From Anaerolineae bacterium (GTDB taxonomy: Bacteria; Chloroflexota; Anaerolineae; B4-G1; SLSP01): a stretch of 64,000 nt of DNA. Of the stretch, positions 62,483 to 64,000 are shown one piece after another. The DNA lies in contig JAFGFB010000292.1 of assembly GCA_016931315.1 (NCBI GenBank), positions 14,699 to 78,698 on the forward strand. Reading direction: 5' to 3'. The number at the start of each line of letters is the position of its first letter. The stretch's first letter is position 1. The translations under genes were made by a program, and so were the position numbers. Under the pieces are notes generated by a model. The model was not told the origin of the DNA. It searched no databases and saw nothing but the letters and a program-made list of their open reading frames with translations.

Positions 62483-64000
62483 TTACCCCTTTCCAAAATC
62501 CAGAATGTGACCTGCCAGACGCGTCGCAGCGGCATTGGTGGGCAACACCATGACGCCCGCTGCCTCAAGTTTGGCTTCCTGGGTGCTCAAATCCTGTGGA
62601 TCATCCGCCGTTCCACAAACCGAAGCAACGAAAACGACTTCTCTGCCATCGCCACGCGCAACAGCCTGTGCCTCTTTGATGGCTTTTACCGCCTCACCTG
62701 CCGGATCCTCATGCGAACCATAGCCAATCACAACATCGAGGAAAATGACGGCGGTTTCTGGATCTTTTGCCTCTTGCACAATGCGACGGTTACGTAAGGT
62801 GGGATCAATCATCGGATGCAAGCGTCCCACCGTGAATTCATCTTCGCCCAAATCTACCGCAACATGACCGACGCTCTTATTGGAATCCACCATCCGCAGC
62901 TGTTTCGCTACCGGGGCATTGGATTGTACTACAATCCCCATATCTCTCAGAATCAGCTGCGTCTCATAGCAAAAAGTTCCGCCGCTGAACAAACCCCGGA
63001 AATACCGCTGCCCCGGCGCCAGGCGCTTGCGCAATTCAGCAGCGCGCTTCTTGTACGACATTTCGCGCTGACGCAAATTGATCCGGGCATCAGCAGGATT
63101 CTTACCCAACGCAACCGCAGCCGCTACTGCGGCCGCCTCCTCCATATCCGCCGCAGGAATTGCCCCAGATTGAGCAATTACCGCGGGATCGCCGCCCAAG
63201 AACAACACCACCGTTGGTTTTGTGCTCAGCCGAACTTGCGCCAACACCTTTTCAGCCACATCCGGGCTGGGCGGTTTGGAAACGAGCAAGATGACATGCG
63301 TTGCCGGGTCAGCCTGCAACGCCCTCAAACCCTCAAGCATCATGATGCCACCGACCTCGGATTTCAAATCCCGTCCACCAACCCCAATGGCTTGGGTGAT
63401 ACCCACCTCCTCACGTGGCATATAGCAGGTCACCGCCTGAAGACCCGTGCCGCTTGCAGCGACCACACCGACCGGTCCATGGGGAACCACATTGGCAAAA
63501 CCGAGCGCCACATTGTTGATGATTGCTGTCCCCGCGTCCGGACCCATCACGAGCAATCCTTTCTCACGCGCCAACGTCTTGAGAGCAATTTCATCCTCCA
63601 CCGCGACGTTGTCACTAAAGAGAAAAACATGCAAGCCGCGCTGGAGCGCCTCACGGGCAACACCAGCTGCATAGCGCCCTGCCACGGAAATCAATACAAT
63701 GTTCGCCGCACCGCCAAGCCTCTCCACCGCAGCAGCAACCGTTTTGGGCGGCGCAGCCATGCCACTGCTTCCCGCTGGCGCCTGTCGTGACGCCTTCATC
63801 AAGGCCTCAGCCTCGGTCAATGCAGCAGCTGCGGCTGTCGCATCTACAGCGCGCACAGCAATGATGAGATCATCCGGTGAGGCGGCTTCAGCCTCTGGCG
63901 TAAGCAAATTTCCCGTTTCAAGTAAGCCTTTATTGGCAGGTGTACCCATAACAACCGCGGCATCCTTGACGCCTGTTAGTTCTAGCAGCCCCTGTGCCAC
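62483..64000 (-). CDS. fdrA: FdrA-family acyl-CoA synthetase-like protein (5' end probably outside the window)
   Basis: VVMGTPANKGLLE, LISVAGRYAAGVAREAL, LLVMGPDAGTAIINNVALGFANVV, ASGTGLQ and VGRLHPMIDPTLR match the FdrA/succinyl-CoA-ligase-alpha-like family. The ORF reaches the window edge. Confidence 0.85.
   Translation of the reverse strand: MAQGLLELTGVKDAAVVMGTPANKGLLETGNLLTPEAEAASPDDLIIAVRAVDATAAAAALTEAEALMKASRQAPAGSSGMAAPPKTVAAAVERLGGAANIVLISVAGRYAAGVAREALQRGLHVFLFSDNVAVEDEIALKTLAREKGLLVMGPDAGTAIINNVALGFANVVPHGPVGVVAASGTGLQAVTCYMPREEVGITQAIGVGGRDLKSEVGGIMMLEGLRALQADPATHVILLVSKPPSPDVAEKVLAQVRLSTKPTVVLFLGGDPAVIAQSGAIPAADMEEAAAVAAAVALGKNPADARINLRQREMSYKKRAAELRKRLAPGQRYFRGLFSGGTFCYETQLILRDMGIVVQSNAPVAKQLRMVDSNKSVGHVAVDLGEDEFTVGRLHPMIDPTLRNRRIVQEAKDPETAVIFLDVVIGYGSHEDPAGEAVKAIKEAQAVARGDGREVVFVASVCGTADDPQDLSTQEAKLEAAGVMVLPTNAAATRLAGHILDFGKG

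Noticed and set aside
1-64000. Mobile genetic element, prophage or defence-island signatures such as transposase, integrase, tRNA attachment site or toxin-antitoxin pairs.
   Set aside because: No ORF on either strand shows DDE, tyrosine/serine recombinase or phage motifs. I recognised no tRNA-like sequence in the short intergenic regions. The only mobile-looking features are the short palindromic repeats.

Overview
GC-rich bacterial window. All 34 genes I can support lie on the minus strand. The plus-strand ORFs in the track look like antisense shadows. Bases 1-50060 form one tightly packed gene train. It starts behind an AT-rich promoter region (50061-50228). In transcription order it holds two single-domain CheY-like receivers, then a GAF histidine kinase whose H-box histidine is replaced by Gln. 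Next come sixteen paralogous GAF sensor proteins, labelled S1-S16 in transcription order (449-1517 aa). These have very different input modules: polytopic membrane blocks, dCache, a four-helix bundle with HAMP, ABC_sub_bind-type and LacI-type binding folds, and PAS. I can recognise no output domain in any of them. Two orphan solute-binding lipoproteins are embedded among them. The train ends with a multi-GAF hybrid histidine kinase of more than 2000 aa that runs off the left edge. That kinase is missing from the ORF track only because its stop lies outside the window. Every S protein ends with the same ~45-aa segment, which looks like the first helix and first strand of a further GAF domain and then stops. 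An unrelated low-complexity tail follows, often encoded by 12/15/18-nt tandem repeats. Two families of short palindromic repeats occur both between genes and in frame inside genes: GGGCGGAC-N5/6-GTCCGCCC and CACCGGGTGACGCGTCACC. Bases 50290-64000 are a separate metabolic island. It holds a three-subunit xanthine-dehydrogenase-family molybdoenzyme, an NCS2 nucleobase permease, a thiolase/DUF35 pair, a cyclase-family hydrolase and FdrA plus a DUF1116 protein. I recognised no rRNA, tRNA, CRISPR array, transposase or integrase. The source organism is unknown. The multi-GAF style and strong GGAGG ribosome sites suggest a Chloroflexota-like genome, but that is an unverified guess. All domain calls come from reading motifs by eye, not from HMM searches.
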